Of a DNA stretch of 64,000 nucleotides, positions 11,325-24,099 are shown in pieces. The DNA lies in NCBI RefSeq assembly GCF_964213995.1, contig NW_027590385.1, positions 62,001 to 126,000 of the forward strand, in the 5' to 3' direction. The position numbers and the translations under genes were made by a program. The stretch's first letter is position 1. Every line of letters starts with the position of its first letter. The notes beneath the pieces were generated by a model. It saw only the letters and a program-made list of their open reading frames with translations. It did no database searches and had not been told where the DNA came from. The stretch comes from Mustelus asterias. Taxonomy: Eukaryota.

Positions 11325-12600
11325 GCCTCCGCTGTTCACCAGATTCCCTGTCTCTTTCCTGCCCTCCGTCTCGTCTCTGTCTGAGATTCGACCCACTATG
11401 GTGGTGTCATCAGCAAACTTGAAAATCGAGTTGCAGGGGGATTTGGCCACACAATCTTTGGTGTATGAGGAGTAGAGTAAGGGGCTTGGAACACAGTCTT
11501 TTGGGTACTGGTGTTGAGGATGATCGTAGGGGAGGTGTTGTTACCTATCGTCACTGATTTTGGTCTGTGTGTTAGAAAATTCAGGTTCCAGTCGCAGAAG
11601 GAGGAGCCGAGCCCCAGGCCAGTAGTTTGGAGGTGCGTTTCATAGGAATAATGGTGTTGAAGGCTGAGCTGTAGTCAATAAATAGGAGTCTGACATAGGT
11701 GTCCTTGTTATCAAGGTGTTCCAGGGTTGAGTGCAGGGCCAGAGAGATGGCGTCTGCTGTGGACCTGTTGCAGCGGTAGGCAAACTGTAATGGATCCAGG
11801 CAGTCAGGGAGGCTGGAATTAATTTGTGGCGTGACTGTCCTTTCAAATCACTTCATGATAATGAATGTCAGAGCTACCAGACTATAGTCATTAGGGCCAC
11901 GCTGTCTGGCTTTTCTTTGGTACCGGGATGAGGGCCGTCTTCTTAAAGCAGATAGGGACCTCAGATTGGTATCAAGAGAGGTTGCAGATGTTTGCGAACA
12001 CCCCCGCCAGCTGATCCGCGCAGGATCTGAGTGCACGTCCGGGTACCCTATCTGGGCCTGTCACTTTCCGTGGGTTGACCATCGTGAAGGCTGATCTGAC
12101 GTCTGCAATGGTGACCTCCGATACATGTTCATCCAAGGCTTCCAGGCTGGAGGGCATGTTCTCGCTTTTCATCTCTTGGTCAAAACTGGGATTGAATGCA
12201 CTGAACTCATTCGGGAGGGGTGTGTTGGAGCCGACGATTTTACATGCCTTCATCTTGTAGTCTGTTATGTTTTGCACAACATGCCATAGTCGGTGCGGGT
12301 CTGTGTGGCTAGCCTGGGACTCTTGTTTGGTCCAGTAATGTCTTTTGGCATCTTTGATGAATCTCCTTAGATGATATCTGACTTCCTTGCATAAGTCAGG
12401 GTCGCCTGACTTGAACGCCTCAGACCGAGACTTCAGCAAACAGTGGATAGCCCTGTTCATACATAGTTTCCTGTTGGGGAATTGTTTCTTGGGCACATAA
12501 TCTTCCACACACTTACTAATGAAGTCAGTTACTGTAGCAGCGTACTGGTTCAGGATGGTCGCAGAGTTTTCAAATGCTGATCAGACCACTGACTCGAAAC
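11325..12600 (-). mobile_element. Degenerate Rex-Babar/L2-like LINE RT region
   Basis: Fragments [28 protein letters not shown] and IFKFADDTTIVG; several frameshifts. Confidence 0.8.
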
Positions 12601-13013
12601 AGCCCCGAAGGAGATAATCCGATTCCTCAGACCAACAGTTCACGGCTTTTTTTGACTGATTTCGTCAAACAATATACGTTTGCTATCAATGCTCATATAT
12701 ATTTTTGCTTCGAAATAGCTCTTTTATTTATATTTTCTCAATATTGTTACTGGCCACGGTTGTGAGTCTCGAATGCACCCCGACATTGAACCGAACTCGG
12801 TATCCCACTGCCATCTGGTGGCGGCGGCCTGGACTGCAAAATGCAGCTTTCTGTCACCTGTGAGTCAAGTTTACGTTTAACAGTTTCCGATCATAAATTC
12901 CAGTTTTTATTTATGCATTATTAGAATTTTAGATGTCACTCGGGGTGAAGAAGCTTATTTGATAAGTCCACCTCCTTCAGACAAAGACAACTATTGCACA
13001 CATCCGAAGCATG

Positions 13014-13092
13014 GACATTTTGTCACTCAGCCGCTGTCCTCAGCTGCAAAGACAGAAAGATAAGCGGTGAATTTAGAATGTATCTATAATGC
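13014..13092 (+). pseudogene. FR1 relic of a family B V segment
   Basis: GTCACTCAGCCGCTGTCCTCAGCTGCAAAGACAGAAAGATAAGCGGTGAATTTAGAATGT aligns to VTQSLSSDVKTEGETLTLNC of the V at 2485; contains a stop. Confidence 0.6.
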
Positions 13093-13364
13093 TAGATTTT
13101 ACTCTCTGAAAAGTGCAGCATTCTGAAAATATCAATTGAACCGGTTTTGTGCCTTCTTTCTCATAGGCAAAATAAACCAAATTAGTCTGTTCGTTCCTGA
13201 CTACATGCTGATTCAAAACCTCCAAACTTTCTCCAAAATCTTGGCGTTCTCTCGACTTCTTCGTGCCCAGGATTTGAACAGAGAACTCCAGCAATGATTT
13301 CAGCAGATTTAGCATCATTTTCCGGTATAAATACCGGCGGTATGAAGACAAAAGCAAAATTCTG

Positions 13365-13482
13365 TGGATATTGGAATCAGAAACCGAAACAGAAAATGCT
13401 GGAAAATCTCAGCAGGCCTGACAGCATCTGTGGGGGAGAGAAAAGAGCCAAAGTTTCGAGTCTCGAAGACTCTTCGTCAGAC
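13365..13482. mobile_element. Penelope-type terminal repeat fragment, second family
   Basis: AAAATGCTGGAAAATCTCAGCAGG..GTTTCGAGTC..GACTCTTCGTCAG; a related copy lies at ~55725-55830; hammerhead core on the minus strand. Confidence 0.6.
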
Positions 13483-13977
13483 CTTCGTCTCAACAGTATA
13501 AAGGTCGCGTTGAAAAAACTCCAATTTATATTTCTGGCTGTGTCTTGGTATGTACTGCAGTCAACCATGAATTCACTCAACAGCCAAATTCCAGCGTGCA
13601 TTAAACTGGATCCGCCAGCTGAGGACGCCAAAGAGACTCACCCAGCAACACATAGTCGGTTTTCTGGCTGAATTCGGGTTTTGTGTGCTGGTGAGCTGCC
13701 ATCTTGAACCGCTGCAGTCCCTGAGGTGTAGGTAAACCCACAGGGCTCCATTCACTGCTGTCCAGCTCTGAAATCATGAATTGGGAAACTAATGTACGCT
13801 CAGCTGTTTGGAATTAGTAAGAGACCAAATGATCTGACTGGATACCACCTTTTAATTCTCAGAAATGAACCAAACCGCAGAGGCATAGGACGTAACTCAA
13901 CATTAACTTAAATCTTTACTAAAACCATTTCAGGCTCAGCCCGCTCTGTTCAACTCAACCAATAACTTCATGCAAAC

Positions 13978-14029
13978 ATGTTGGTATTTGCTTTGTATTT
14001 GCTCCTCACAATTGCAGCTTTCTTAACTG
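13978..14029 (+). pseudogene. Orphan family A leader exon with promoter remnant
   Basis: GCAAAC-ATG, MLVFALYLLLTIAAFLT, 52 nt like the leaders at 1025 and 24806. Splice donor destroyed (ACACT) and no V exon found downstream. Confidence 0.65.
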
Positions 14030-14304
14030 ACACTTTTACAAATAACAAAATACTCCTCGTGCAGTCATGTGTTCTGTATTAACAGTATGTTTTCTCGATT
14101 TCTAAAGTGGTCTATCACATGATGATGTGAAGCATAATTATCGGATGGTAAAAGCACCGGGTTTCATCTGGACAAAACGGGCAATGGCAGTAACAGCGCA
14201 CTCTGGCTTCATTCAGCACCGTCCCGTCAACCCAGACAATGCACTGCATACGAGAAAGGAGGCAAACGCATCAAATATTTGCCGGTGACCGAATATGTTG
14301 CCGA

Positions 14305-14712
14305 GAATCATAGCAAAGCATTCCTACAGTTCAGAAGGAGGCTATTCGGCCAAATAACCTGCACCAACAACGATCCCACACAGGCACTATCCCCGTAACC
14401 CCGTGTAACCCCTGGTAATCTCCCTGATACTAAGGGTCAATTTAGCATGGCCAATCAACCTAACCAGCACATCTTTGAAGTGCGGAAGGAACCCGGCTCA
14501 CCTGGAGGAAACCCACGGAGACAGAGGGAGAATGTGCAGACTCCACTCAGTCACCCAAGGCCAGAATTGAACCCGGGTTCCTGGTGCTGTGAGACAGCAG
14601 TGGCCCAAGACCAGAATTGAACCCGGGTTCCCGGTGCTGTGAGACAGCAGCGACCCAAGAATGGAAATGGACCCGGGTTCCTGGTGCTGTGAGGCAGTAG
14701 TGCCAACCATTC
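14305..14712 (-). mobile_element. HE1-type SINE with triplicated tRNA-related segment
   Basis: CCCAAG..ACCCGGGTTCC(T/C)GGTGCTGTGAG repeated three times in 14554-14700. Confidence 0.75.
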
Positions 14713-15518
14713 TGCATCAGAAAGAACAAAGTTATTTTTCTCCTCCCGAATGTCGATAAGTTTTTTTTTTCATTTCTCAGTGAGTTCTGAATAATGTGAA
14801 TGTTGATTCTGTTTAGGAACTGAGGTGTGAACCATTTCAGAGAATATCCCTCTGAACGGACTCGGTAATTCATGGACTGGGATAATGTAATAGACCGTAG
14901 TTGCACTTAAGTTTTTTTTTCAAAATAAAATTATTAAATGGACTGAATTCGTGTTTAGAATAATGGCTCATAATTGGCCCCTATCCTGGTGAGCTGCTGA
15001 CTGGAAAACTTGTGTGCCCGCCATACGTTGTATCGAGTTCACTTCCATTACACCGAAGGAGAGCACCAGCATGTCCCAATCCCAATGATTGCAGCACAAA
15101 TCTCACGATGTCACAACTAAAATGAGAATTCGTGTTTGTTGTCACGTTTCTGTGTGTTGGATCGTGTGGTAGGTATTATTTTCTGGCCTGTTTCCCTGTC
15201 TAGTAACAGTACTACTTCTGAAACATTACATTGAATATACAACAAGCATTGAGGCATTTTGTGTTTGTGAAAGGTTAAATCGCCAGAGGGCGCTGTGTTA
15301 ACGCGTTTCCAACAGTTGTAAACTACAAACTACAGATACAGCCGCCACAGCCCCGCCCCGACCTGCCTTTGCTCTTCCGGTTATGAGCCATGTAGCCTGG
15401 CCTATTTTATTGACATATTGTTGAAGCAGCTCCCTCTTCGTCATTGGTGGGATTGGCAGTGCAGTGGGGAAGCAAAATGTATTTTTCATCCGACAGGGTG
15501 ACGGAATCAGGGAGCAGC

Positions 15519-15985
15519 ATGCAGAAGTACCCGGCACTGCTCCTCATCATTACATCATTCCTCAGTAAGTATCTCCTTTCTTGCAAAAGATATATTCTCC
15601 CCAAGTGCTCCAACCAAGAGTCAAAAGAGTCTCGTTCATTGAGATGATGCGATGCTGACAATACTTATGGTTTTCTGTCAGAATGGAGTCACGAAGCAGC
15701 AGTGGAACAATGGTACTCGGGAATGGCGGTGGAGGAGGGAAGCAATGTCACTCTAACCTGCAACATGAAGAGAAGCGATCGTCGAAGTTATGTGTTCTGG
15801 TACCGTCGTCGCTCTGGACAGCACCCACAATATGTCATTCGTATCATAGGAGCTAATGTAAAAAGAAACCTCGGTATCACTGCTCGATTCTCTTCAATGT
15901 TTGATGCTAGCAGCAAGATTACAGAGCTAACCATTAGCAACGCAATGTTCTCTGACTCTGCAGCATATTCCTGTGCTGTGAATCA
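15519..15985 (+). CDS. TRAV: TCR alpha/delta V gene segment, open frame (family C)
   Basis: Leader 15519-15564 MQKYPALLLIITSFL, GTAAGT..CAG intron, V exon 15682-15985 KWSHEAAVEQ..LTC..WYRRRSG..DSAAYSCAVN. RSS CACAGTG-24-ACCAAAACA (15986-16025). Confidence 0.88.
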
Positions 15986-16233
15986 CACAGTGCTTCAAAG
16001 ATAGAGCATGTCCCGTACCAAAACACACGGTGGCTTTCTCCAGTTCGTGGTCAAGGGAAGGTTGACAACAATCAACAGAATAGAAAGCTGGACCTTCCGC
16101 CAATCTGATCAACCTGAAATGTTAAAACATTGAACAATTTGCCCTCTTCACTTTTTGCCTTCACTCCTGAAGGCAGCAAATAAACCTGACAACCTGCAAC
16201 AATCTGATCTAGAAACATTTTGCGAACATCATG

Positions 16234-16308
16234 AGTGACATCATGGTCAACAATAATAATCAAATGGGGCTTGTGGGGGGTGGTGGATGGCAGGCGGTTG
16301 TCTAGGAA
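16234..16308 (+). promoter_or_regulatory. CRE-like decamer plus X-box-like motif upstream of a V relic
   Basis: AGTGACATCA (TCR V-promoter-type decamer) at 16234-16243 and GGTTGTCTAGGAA near 16296. The same motif pair occurs at 6201-6230. Confidence 0.35.
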
Positions 16309-16468
16309 TCCAGACTCCGCGTGCGAATCTCATCACGGCAGATTGTGGAATTTGATTGCAAAACGTCTGGAATTAAAAGGATAATTATTGTCTTTAGAAA
16401 CCCTTTTGGTGCACTGAAGCCCTCAAACGGCAGAGAAGAATGAAACTTACCGCCCTTAATTAGTGGGT

Positions 16469-16586
16469 AAGAGAGTGGGGAATCGGTTTTCTGCATCTGT
16501 AGACAATTTGAAAAGTGACAGGAATTTCGCCACCCATGGGCTGCGGCAGTCTGACAGCGCGGTGTATTACTGCGGAATGAGAGACA
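16469..16586 (+). pseudogene. 3' relic of a V segment (family E)
   Basis: KRVGNRFSASVDNLKSDRNFATHGLRQSDSAVYYCGMRD; RSS decayed; paralogous to the pseudogene at 28702-28974. Confidence 0.8.
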
Positions 16587-17672
16587 ATGACAAAAGCCAG
16601 AGGAAACCTCGGACACTGCTGCAGTCTGGCAAATGGAATGGGTGGCAGACGGGGAGAAAGCTGCACCTTCTGAACCTATCAGCAGATTGATGTGGCTTAA
16701 AATTAACCCGAATTATGAACAAGCTCATTGCAACAGGTGCAGCACTGGGGAAGGTTTCCTCTCTCCCAGACTCTGCCCAATAGACGCTGAACATAATGCT
16801 CAGATTTGTTTGGGGAATTTAAACCATTTCGGAAATTGTGGAAAAAAGCTGTGAAAGATATTGGTTTACAGCATGGAAAAATACGAAATGAAGATAAACA
16901 AATGAAAAGACGGTGAGTGGTTCAGAGTCAGAGACCGTGGTAGATATAGAGGCATAGATTGGGAGAGACAGGTAGCGATGCAGACAGATAAACATGAGGA
17001 AAGAGAATGATAGAAACGAGGGAGAGACATGGAGATAAATATTGGGACAAACAGGGGAAGAAATGAAGAAGAGAAAGAGGTGGGAAGGGAAACAGATGAG
17101 GATACGGCGAAGAGGCCGTGAGGGAAACAGATGCAGATATATGGAGACAATACAGAAGGAGGAACATAGAGAGACAAATGTGCAGAGATCACTAGAAACA
17201 GAGAGATAGACAGTGAGACAACCAAAGGGGCGCAGTGAGAAAAACAATGTCCGAAATGGAATCAGGAATTCAACAGGGAGAAATAAAAATAACATAATAT
17301 AATGCAGCCCATGGATAGGCCGAATGGCCTCATTCGATGCTCACCGATTCAATGATTGTCGATGCTTCATGTCCCAGCCATAACATTTAATTTTAGACAC
17401 TTGAACAGTGACCAGGTGCAGGATGATCAGAGACATCTGTAGATTCAAGCGTCGCTATTTCCGCTCCAACAGCATCCAGTGCAGCTGAAAGTCACCGCAC
17501 ATTCCACTCAACATTGAGCCTGTGGTAACCCCGCCCACAGCTTCCGTTTACTGCGATCACTCTGACCCGATTATGTGATTGGACAGATTGCTGCCACTGC
17601 TCCATTCCTCTCATTGGATCAGCAGTGCAGTGGGACGGGGATCTTTACTTCTGTTTCTGATAGAGGATTTCT

Positions 17673-18962
17673 AACTGGGGCGTGCTCCGACCGCCCTGCA
17701 GGAGTTGCCCGTCTTTTACCAGGACCTCCTCACTGTCTGGAACAAGGTCGCCTCGCGACGCAGCTCTCCCCCGTCAGGAGTAGCGGCTCTCGTGCGAGAG
17801 CCGCTGCTCAGGAATCCGCTCCTCCAGCCGTATAATTTCAGGTGGCTGGCGGAGAGGAGGGCTGTGGACGCCGGGGTGACCAGAATCGGGGACGTGCTCG
17901 ATGGCGGAGGAGCGGGCTGGATGAGTCCCCGCGTGCTGGCTGAGCGCGCGGGGACGTCCGTCCGGCGCGCGGCCAAAGCCATCCTAGACCTTAGGACGGT
18001 CGTGCTCGGCCCCGAAACTGCACGGAAACTGGAGACGGCGCAGGCGTGCGGTGGGATCCCGCCCGAGCGTTCCCCTGTTCGGGCGGATTTCCGCATTGGC
18101 CCAAAGTCTCAGCCCCCCCCCCCGGTGAGGTGCCCCACAGCCTGAGCCGCCTCGCGGAAATGTCCTCCGTGCCTTTTTCTACCGCGCGGAGGCGTTTCCT
18201 GTGCGGGCTGCTGCTGCACACCCTCCACTACTGCCTCCTCGCCTGTCGCCCGGATACACCTTGGCGGGCCTTGTTGCCGCCGGGCGGCGGAGGTCCCCGC
18301 TGGAGGTCCCTCTACGGAGGGATCTCCCCCAATTCCGTCGGGGACCTGGGGTGGAGGGTGATGCATGCAGCAGTTCCGCACAACCGTAGGATTCACTGGT
18401 TCACGGGCTCCGAAGACTGCCCTTTCTGTGGCCTTGTGGAGTCCGTGGACCATGTCTATGTTGAGTGTCTTAGGCTGCACTCCCTTTTTGTTTTCCTAAA
18501 GAACCTTTTGTTGATGTTTTGTCTGCACTTCAGTCCCACGTTCCTGAGCTACAGACACCCGGTGCGGAGAGGGGAGGGTCGGGATGGCGATCTCCTCGTG
18601 AACCTGCTCCTGGGCCTGGCGAAACGCGCCATTTACCGGTCCAGGCTGCGGGCGATCGAGGGGGCCGTCCATCCTGACTGTCTTCCCCTCTACCGCGGCT
18701 ACGTTCGCGGCCAGGTGTCCCTGGAGAGGGAGCATGCGGTGTCCACGGGCGAGGTTGACGCTTTCCGCGCCCGCTGGGCACCTCAGGGGTTGGGGTGCAT
18801 TATTGACCCTAATAATCACATTTTAATTTGATGTTTTTAAGTTTCCTTTGTACTTTGATTTCTGTTCGGGCTGTTCCCCCTCCTTTTTGGGGAGCTGCCC
18901 CTTTTACTTTGTCCTGATTTAATCTGAGTTTGTTTACTTGGTTTGGTTTGACCTAAAAAGAG
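17673..18962 (+). mobile_element. 5'-truncated Tx1-like non-LTR retrotransposon with TSD
   Basis: ORF2 C-terminus with CCHC knuckle (CPFCGLVESVDHVYVEC), one frameshift in the C run near 18112. TSD GA(T/C)AGAGGATTTCT at 17659-17672 and 18963-18976. Confidence 0.85.
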
Positions 18963-19008
18963 GACAGAGGATTTCTCTCACTACAGAGTTACAGACTCAG
19001 GAAGGATC

Positions 19009-19513
19009 ATGGGGATCCGGCTCTTTCTGATCCTCATCATTATCTCACTTCTCAGTAAGTATTTCCTTCCCAATAAAACTCCATTCTGCTCCTGACTGCT
19101 GTAACCCAGATGTTATTGTTATTAAAACAACAGTGACGACGTTGATAATAATTGCATCGTTTAATCTGAGGCTGACTCTGATTGTCATTATTGCTGTTAC
19201 TTCCGTTAGAATGGAGCCAGCAAGACAAAGTGGAACAACAGGATTCTGAAATATCGGTTAAAGAGGAAAGTAATGTCTCACTGACCTGCGCCTTGGAAAC
19301 AAGCAATTCCAGCCCTGATGTATATTGGTACAGTCAGCAGCCTGGGAAAGCTCCAGTGTACATGTTTCAGCTTATTGGGGAGAATGTGCAAAGGAGCACG
19401 GATCTCAATGATCGGTTTTCTTCTACATTTGATAGAAAGAACAAGACTACCGAGCTAACGATCAGCAGCACACTGATCTCTGACAGCGCCGTTTATTTCT
19501 GTGCTATGAAGCC
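19009..19513 (+). CDS. TRAV: TCR alpha/delta V gene segment, open frame (family C)
   Basis: Leader 19009-19054 MGIRLFLILIIISLL, V exon 19210-19513 KWSQQDKVEQ..LTC..WYSQQPGKAP..DSAVYFCAMKP. RSS CACACTG-24-ACAAAAACC (19514-19553). Confidence 0.9.
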
Positions 19514-19751
19514 CACACTGCTGCAGAGATATAGCGAATCTCGGACAAAAACCCCACACAGGCAGTTCCAGTCAGTGCCCAGTAGGGTGCGCTCACACAC
19601 GCGGGCAATTCAGTTTCCACAGAGAGAGTGACAGGAAGATTGTTCACATTGCAGCAAAGCACAACACTCAAAAATAGCAACTGGCGTGGTTCCGTTGCAC
19701 ATTTACATTTGTTAATGATCGTAACTTACATTTGCAATTGAAATAAGATTG

Positions 19752-20302
19752 ACATAGAACATAGAACATAGAACAGTACAGCACAGAACAGGCCCTTCGG
19801 CCCACGATGTTGTGCCGAGCTTTATCTGAAACCAAGGTCAAGCTATCCCACTCCCTATCATCCTGGTGTGCTCCATGTGCCTATCCAATAACCGCTTAAA
19901 TGTTCCTAAAGTGTCTGACTCCACTATCACTGCAGGCAGTCCATTCCACACCCCAACCACTCTCTGCGTAAAGAACCTACCTCTGATATCCTTCCTATAT
20001 CTCCCACCATGAACCCTATAGTTATGCCCCCTTGTAATAGCTCCATCCACCCGAGGAAATAGTGTTTGAACGTTCACTCTATCTATTCCCTTCATCATTT
20101 TATAAACCTCTATTAAGTCTCCCCTCAGCCTCCTCCGCTCCAGAGAGAACAGCCCTAGCTCCCTCAACCTTTCCTCATAAGACCCACCCTCCAAACCAGG
20201 GAGCATCCTGGTAAATCTCCTCTGCACTCTTTCCAGCGCTTCCACATCCTTCTTATAGTGAGGTGACCAAAACTGCACACAATATTCCAAAAGTGGTCTC
20301 AT
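19752..20302 (-). mobile_element. CR1-type LINE 3' fragment
   Basis: ORF2 C-terminus plus CATAGAA tail; nearly identical to the 3' end of the copy at 38.7-39.3 kb. Confidence 0.9.
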
Positions 20303-20384
20303 TTGACAGATCGTTTGACAGATCGATTTGACAGATCGATCTGAGATACAGTGACACCTTTTTTTTGGTTTTCGATACCTTTCC

Positions 20385-23300
20385 CAGCCTATCAGGATGA
20401 CTGCCTGTGCCACGGGAAGGTGAGGGCAGGAATGGAGTGAGGTGGAGGATGAATGTGTGGCTGAGGGACTGGTGCAGGGGGCAGGGATTCAGGTTCCTGG
20501 ACCATTGGGACCTCTTTAGGGGCAGGGGTGATCTGTATACAAAAAACGGGTGGAACTTGAATCACACGGGGACCAATATCCTGGCCGGTAGGTTGGCTAA
20601 GGCTACTGGGGAGAATTTAAACTAGATAGGTTGGGGGGAGGGGAGCTAGAAGAGTTGACTAGGATCAAGGAACTAATTGATGGGTGGGAGGATGCAGGGG
20701 TAAGGGGAATTACAAAATTAATGGGAGAGGAGAGGGTGCAAGTGAATGAAGGCGGTAATTTAGATAAGGGAGTAGAGGGAGAGGGTGTTCGCGACTCATC
20801 AAAGCGGGTCCAGATAAAAGCTGGAATAAGGACATTTTGCCTGAATGCACGAAGCATTCGGAACAAGGTGAATGAGTTGATGGTGCAAATCAGCACAAGT
20901 GGGTACGATCTAGTGGCCATTACAGAAACGTGGCTGAAAGGTGACCAGGACTGGGAGATGAATATCCAGGGGTATCAGGCGTTTAGGAAGAATAGACAGG
21001 AAGGAAAAGGTGGTGGGGTCGCGCTATTAATAAGAGATAATATCAGGGTAGTACTGAGGGATGACATAGGCTCTGAGGAACAAAACGTGGAATCATTATG
21101 GGTAGAGATGAGGAATAGTAGAGGGAGAAAGACACTAGTAGGTGTGGTATATAGGCCCCCAAATAATAATGTTGTGGTAGGGAGGGCTATAAACAAGCAG
21201 ATAAGGGATGAGTGTAAAAACGGAACGGCAATAATCATGGGGGACTTCAACATGCACATTGACTGGCAGACTCAAGTCGGTAAGGGTGGAATGGAGGAAG
21301 AGTTCTTAGAATGCTGTCGGGATAGTTTCCTTGAACAGCATGTTACGGAACCGACGAGGGAACGAGCTATTTTGGATCTGGTATTGTGTAACGAGGTAGG
21401 TAGAATTAAGGATCTTATTGTGAAGGACCCTCTTGGGTCTATTGACCACAATATGGTCGAATTTCTGATTCAGATGGAAGAGGAGAAAGTTTGGTCTCAA
21501 ACCAGTGTCCTCTGTTTGAACAGAGGGAAATATGATAGGATGAGGGATGAATTGGCTACGGTAGACTGGGAGAGCAGGCTGGCAGGTAGGATAGCTGAGG
21601 AACAGTGGAGGATTTTTAAGGAGATCCTTTTCAGTTCTCAGCAAAAATATATTCCAGCAAAAAACAAGGATTGTAAGAAAAGGGAGAACCAGCCGTGGAT
21701 AACGAAGGAAATAAAGGAGAGTATTAAAATAAAAACAGCTGCGTACAGAGTGGCCAAAAATAGTGGAGAAACAAGTGATTGGGAAAAATTTAAGAAACAA
21801 CAAAGAGAGACTAAGAAAGCGATAAAGAAAGGAAGGATAGACTATGAAGCTAGGCTAGCAATTAATATAAAAAATGATAGTAAAAGTTTTTATAAATATA
21901 TAAAAAGGAATAGAGTGGCTCGAGTGAATGTTGGACCCTTGGAGGACGAGAGGGGGGAGTTAATAGTGGGAAATGAGGATATGGCTGAGTCTTTAAATAA
22001 GTTTTTTGTGTCGGTCTTCACGGTGGAGGACACAAATAGTTTGCCAAATATTAACGATAGAGGGTTGGCAGCAGGAGAAATACTTAATACAATTAATGTT
22101 ACCAGAGAGGCAGTGCTGGGTAGACTAATGGGACTGAAGGTGGACAAGTCCCCGGGTCCGGATGGAATGCATCCCAGGGTATTGAAAGAAATGTCAGAGG
22201 TAATAGTGGATGCGTTAGTGATCATTTATCAAAACTCGTTGCATTCTGGGGTAGTGCCGGTTGATTGGAAAACGGCTAATGTTACGCCGCTGTTTAAAAA
22301 AGGAAGGAGACAAAAGGCGGGTAACTATAGGCCGGTCAGCTTAACGTCTGTAGTAGGGAAAATGCTGGAATCCATTATTAAAGAGGAGATAGCAGGGCAT
22401 CTGGATAGAAATGGTTCGATCAATCAGACGCAGCATGGATTCATGAGGGGAAAGTCGTGCTTGACGAACATGTTGGATTTTTATGAAGATGTGACTAGGG
22501 CGGTTGATGGAGGAGAACCGGTGGATGCGGTGTTTTTGGATTTCCAAAAGGCGTTTGATAAGGTGCCCCATAAAAGGCTGCTGAAGAAGATTAGGGCACA
22601 CGGAGTTGGGGGTAGTGTGTTAAAGTGGATTGGGGACTGGCTATCCGACAGGAAGCAAAGAGTCGGAATAATTGGGTGTTTTTCCGGTTGGAGGAAGGTA
22701 ACTAGTGGCGTGCCGCAGGGATCGGTACTCGGGCCGCAACTGTTTACCATTTATATAGATGATCTGGAGGAGGGGACGGAGTGTAGGGTAACGAAGTTTG
22801 CAGACGACACAAAGATAAGTGGAAAAGTGAATCGTGTGGAGGACGGAGAAGATCTGCAGAGAGATTTGGACAGGCTGAGTGAGTGGGCGAGGATATGGCA
22901 AATGGAGTATAACGTTGATAAATGCGAGGTTATACACTTTGGAGGAAATAATAACAAATGGGATTACTATCTCAATGGAAACAAATTAAAACATGCTACC
23001 GTGCAAAGGGACCTGGGGGTCCTTGTGCATGAAACGCAAAAGCCCAGTCTGCAGGTACAACAGGTGATCAAGAAGGCAAATGGGATCTTGGCCTATATTG
23101 CGAGGGGGATAGAATATAAAAGCAGGGATGTCTTGATGCACCTGTACAGGGCATTGGTGAGGCCGCAGCTGGAATACTGTGTGCAGTATTGGTCCCCTTA
23201 TATGAGGAAGGATATATTGGCATTGGAGGGAGTGCAGAGAAGGTTCACCAGGTTGATACCGGAGATGAGGGGTTTGGATTATGAGGAGAGGCTGAGGAGA

Positions 23301-23738
23301 TTGGGTTTGTACTCGTTGGAGTTTAGAAGGATGAGGGGGGATCTTATGGAGACTTATAAGATAATGCGGGGGCTGGATAGGGTGGAGGCGGAGAGATTCT
23401 TTCCACTTAGTAAGGAAGTTAAAACTAGAGGACACAGCCTCAAAATAAAGGGGGGTCGGTTTAAGACAGAGTTGAGGAGGAACTTCTTCTCCCAGAGGGT
23501 GGTGAATCTCTGGAATTCTCTGCCCACTGAGGTGGTGGAGGCTCCCTCGCTGAATATGTTTAAAGCGCGGATGGATGGATTCCTGATCGGTAAGGGAATT
23601 AAGGGTTATGGGGATCAGGCGGGTAAGTGGTACTGATCCACGTCAGATCAGCCATGATCTTATTGAATGGCGGGGCAGGCTCGAGGGGCTAGATGGCCTA
23701 CTCCTGCTCCTATTTCTTATGTTCTTATGTTCTTATTT
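20385..23738 (+). mobile_element. CR1-type LINE with uninterrupted ORF2 (APE endonuclease + RT)
   Basis: ORF 20631-23636 (1001 aa) with [25 protein letters not shown]. 3' end of SGNH-esterase-type ORF1 upstream; TTCTTATG tail. Confidence 0.95.
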
Positions 23739-24099
23739 ATTCCAAACACATTCTTGTATTTACTGATTTATGGGAGTTGTGCACATTTCACTTTTCTAGT
23801 CTTTAACGTAAGAATTTAAAGCTTTTTCTGACACCTTGTACATCCATTCAGAACCTCCCCAAGTCGTCTGCTCAGCTATTCAGTCCCACTTTCCATCCTC
23901 CTCACTGATGAAGATTTCGCTTTGTATTGAATCATTTACTAACCCTGGCACTCCTGGTGCGAGGCTGCTCGTACGCAGTATGGAATGGACATTCAGCTGC
24001 CCCTCTTACAGAGAAGCAAATTTATAGAATTTCTAATGTGACATTGTTATTGAGATGAAATCCTTGCAGATAAATCCTAGCTGTCACCTCACTGCGTGT

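Noticed and set aside
13100-13350. Minus-strand YRRY..VYF pattern as a V relic
   Set aside because: Lacks the conserved Cys/Trp and an RSS; similarity too weak to call.
15927-16112. FGTG motif in a minus-strand ORF as a possible J segment
   Set aside because: It is the antisense reading of the V RSS; there is no 12-RSS or splice donor.
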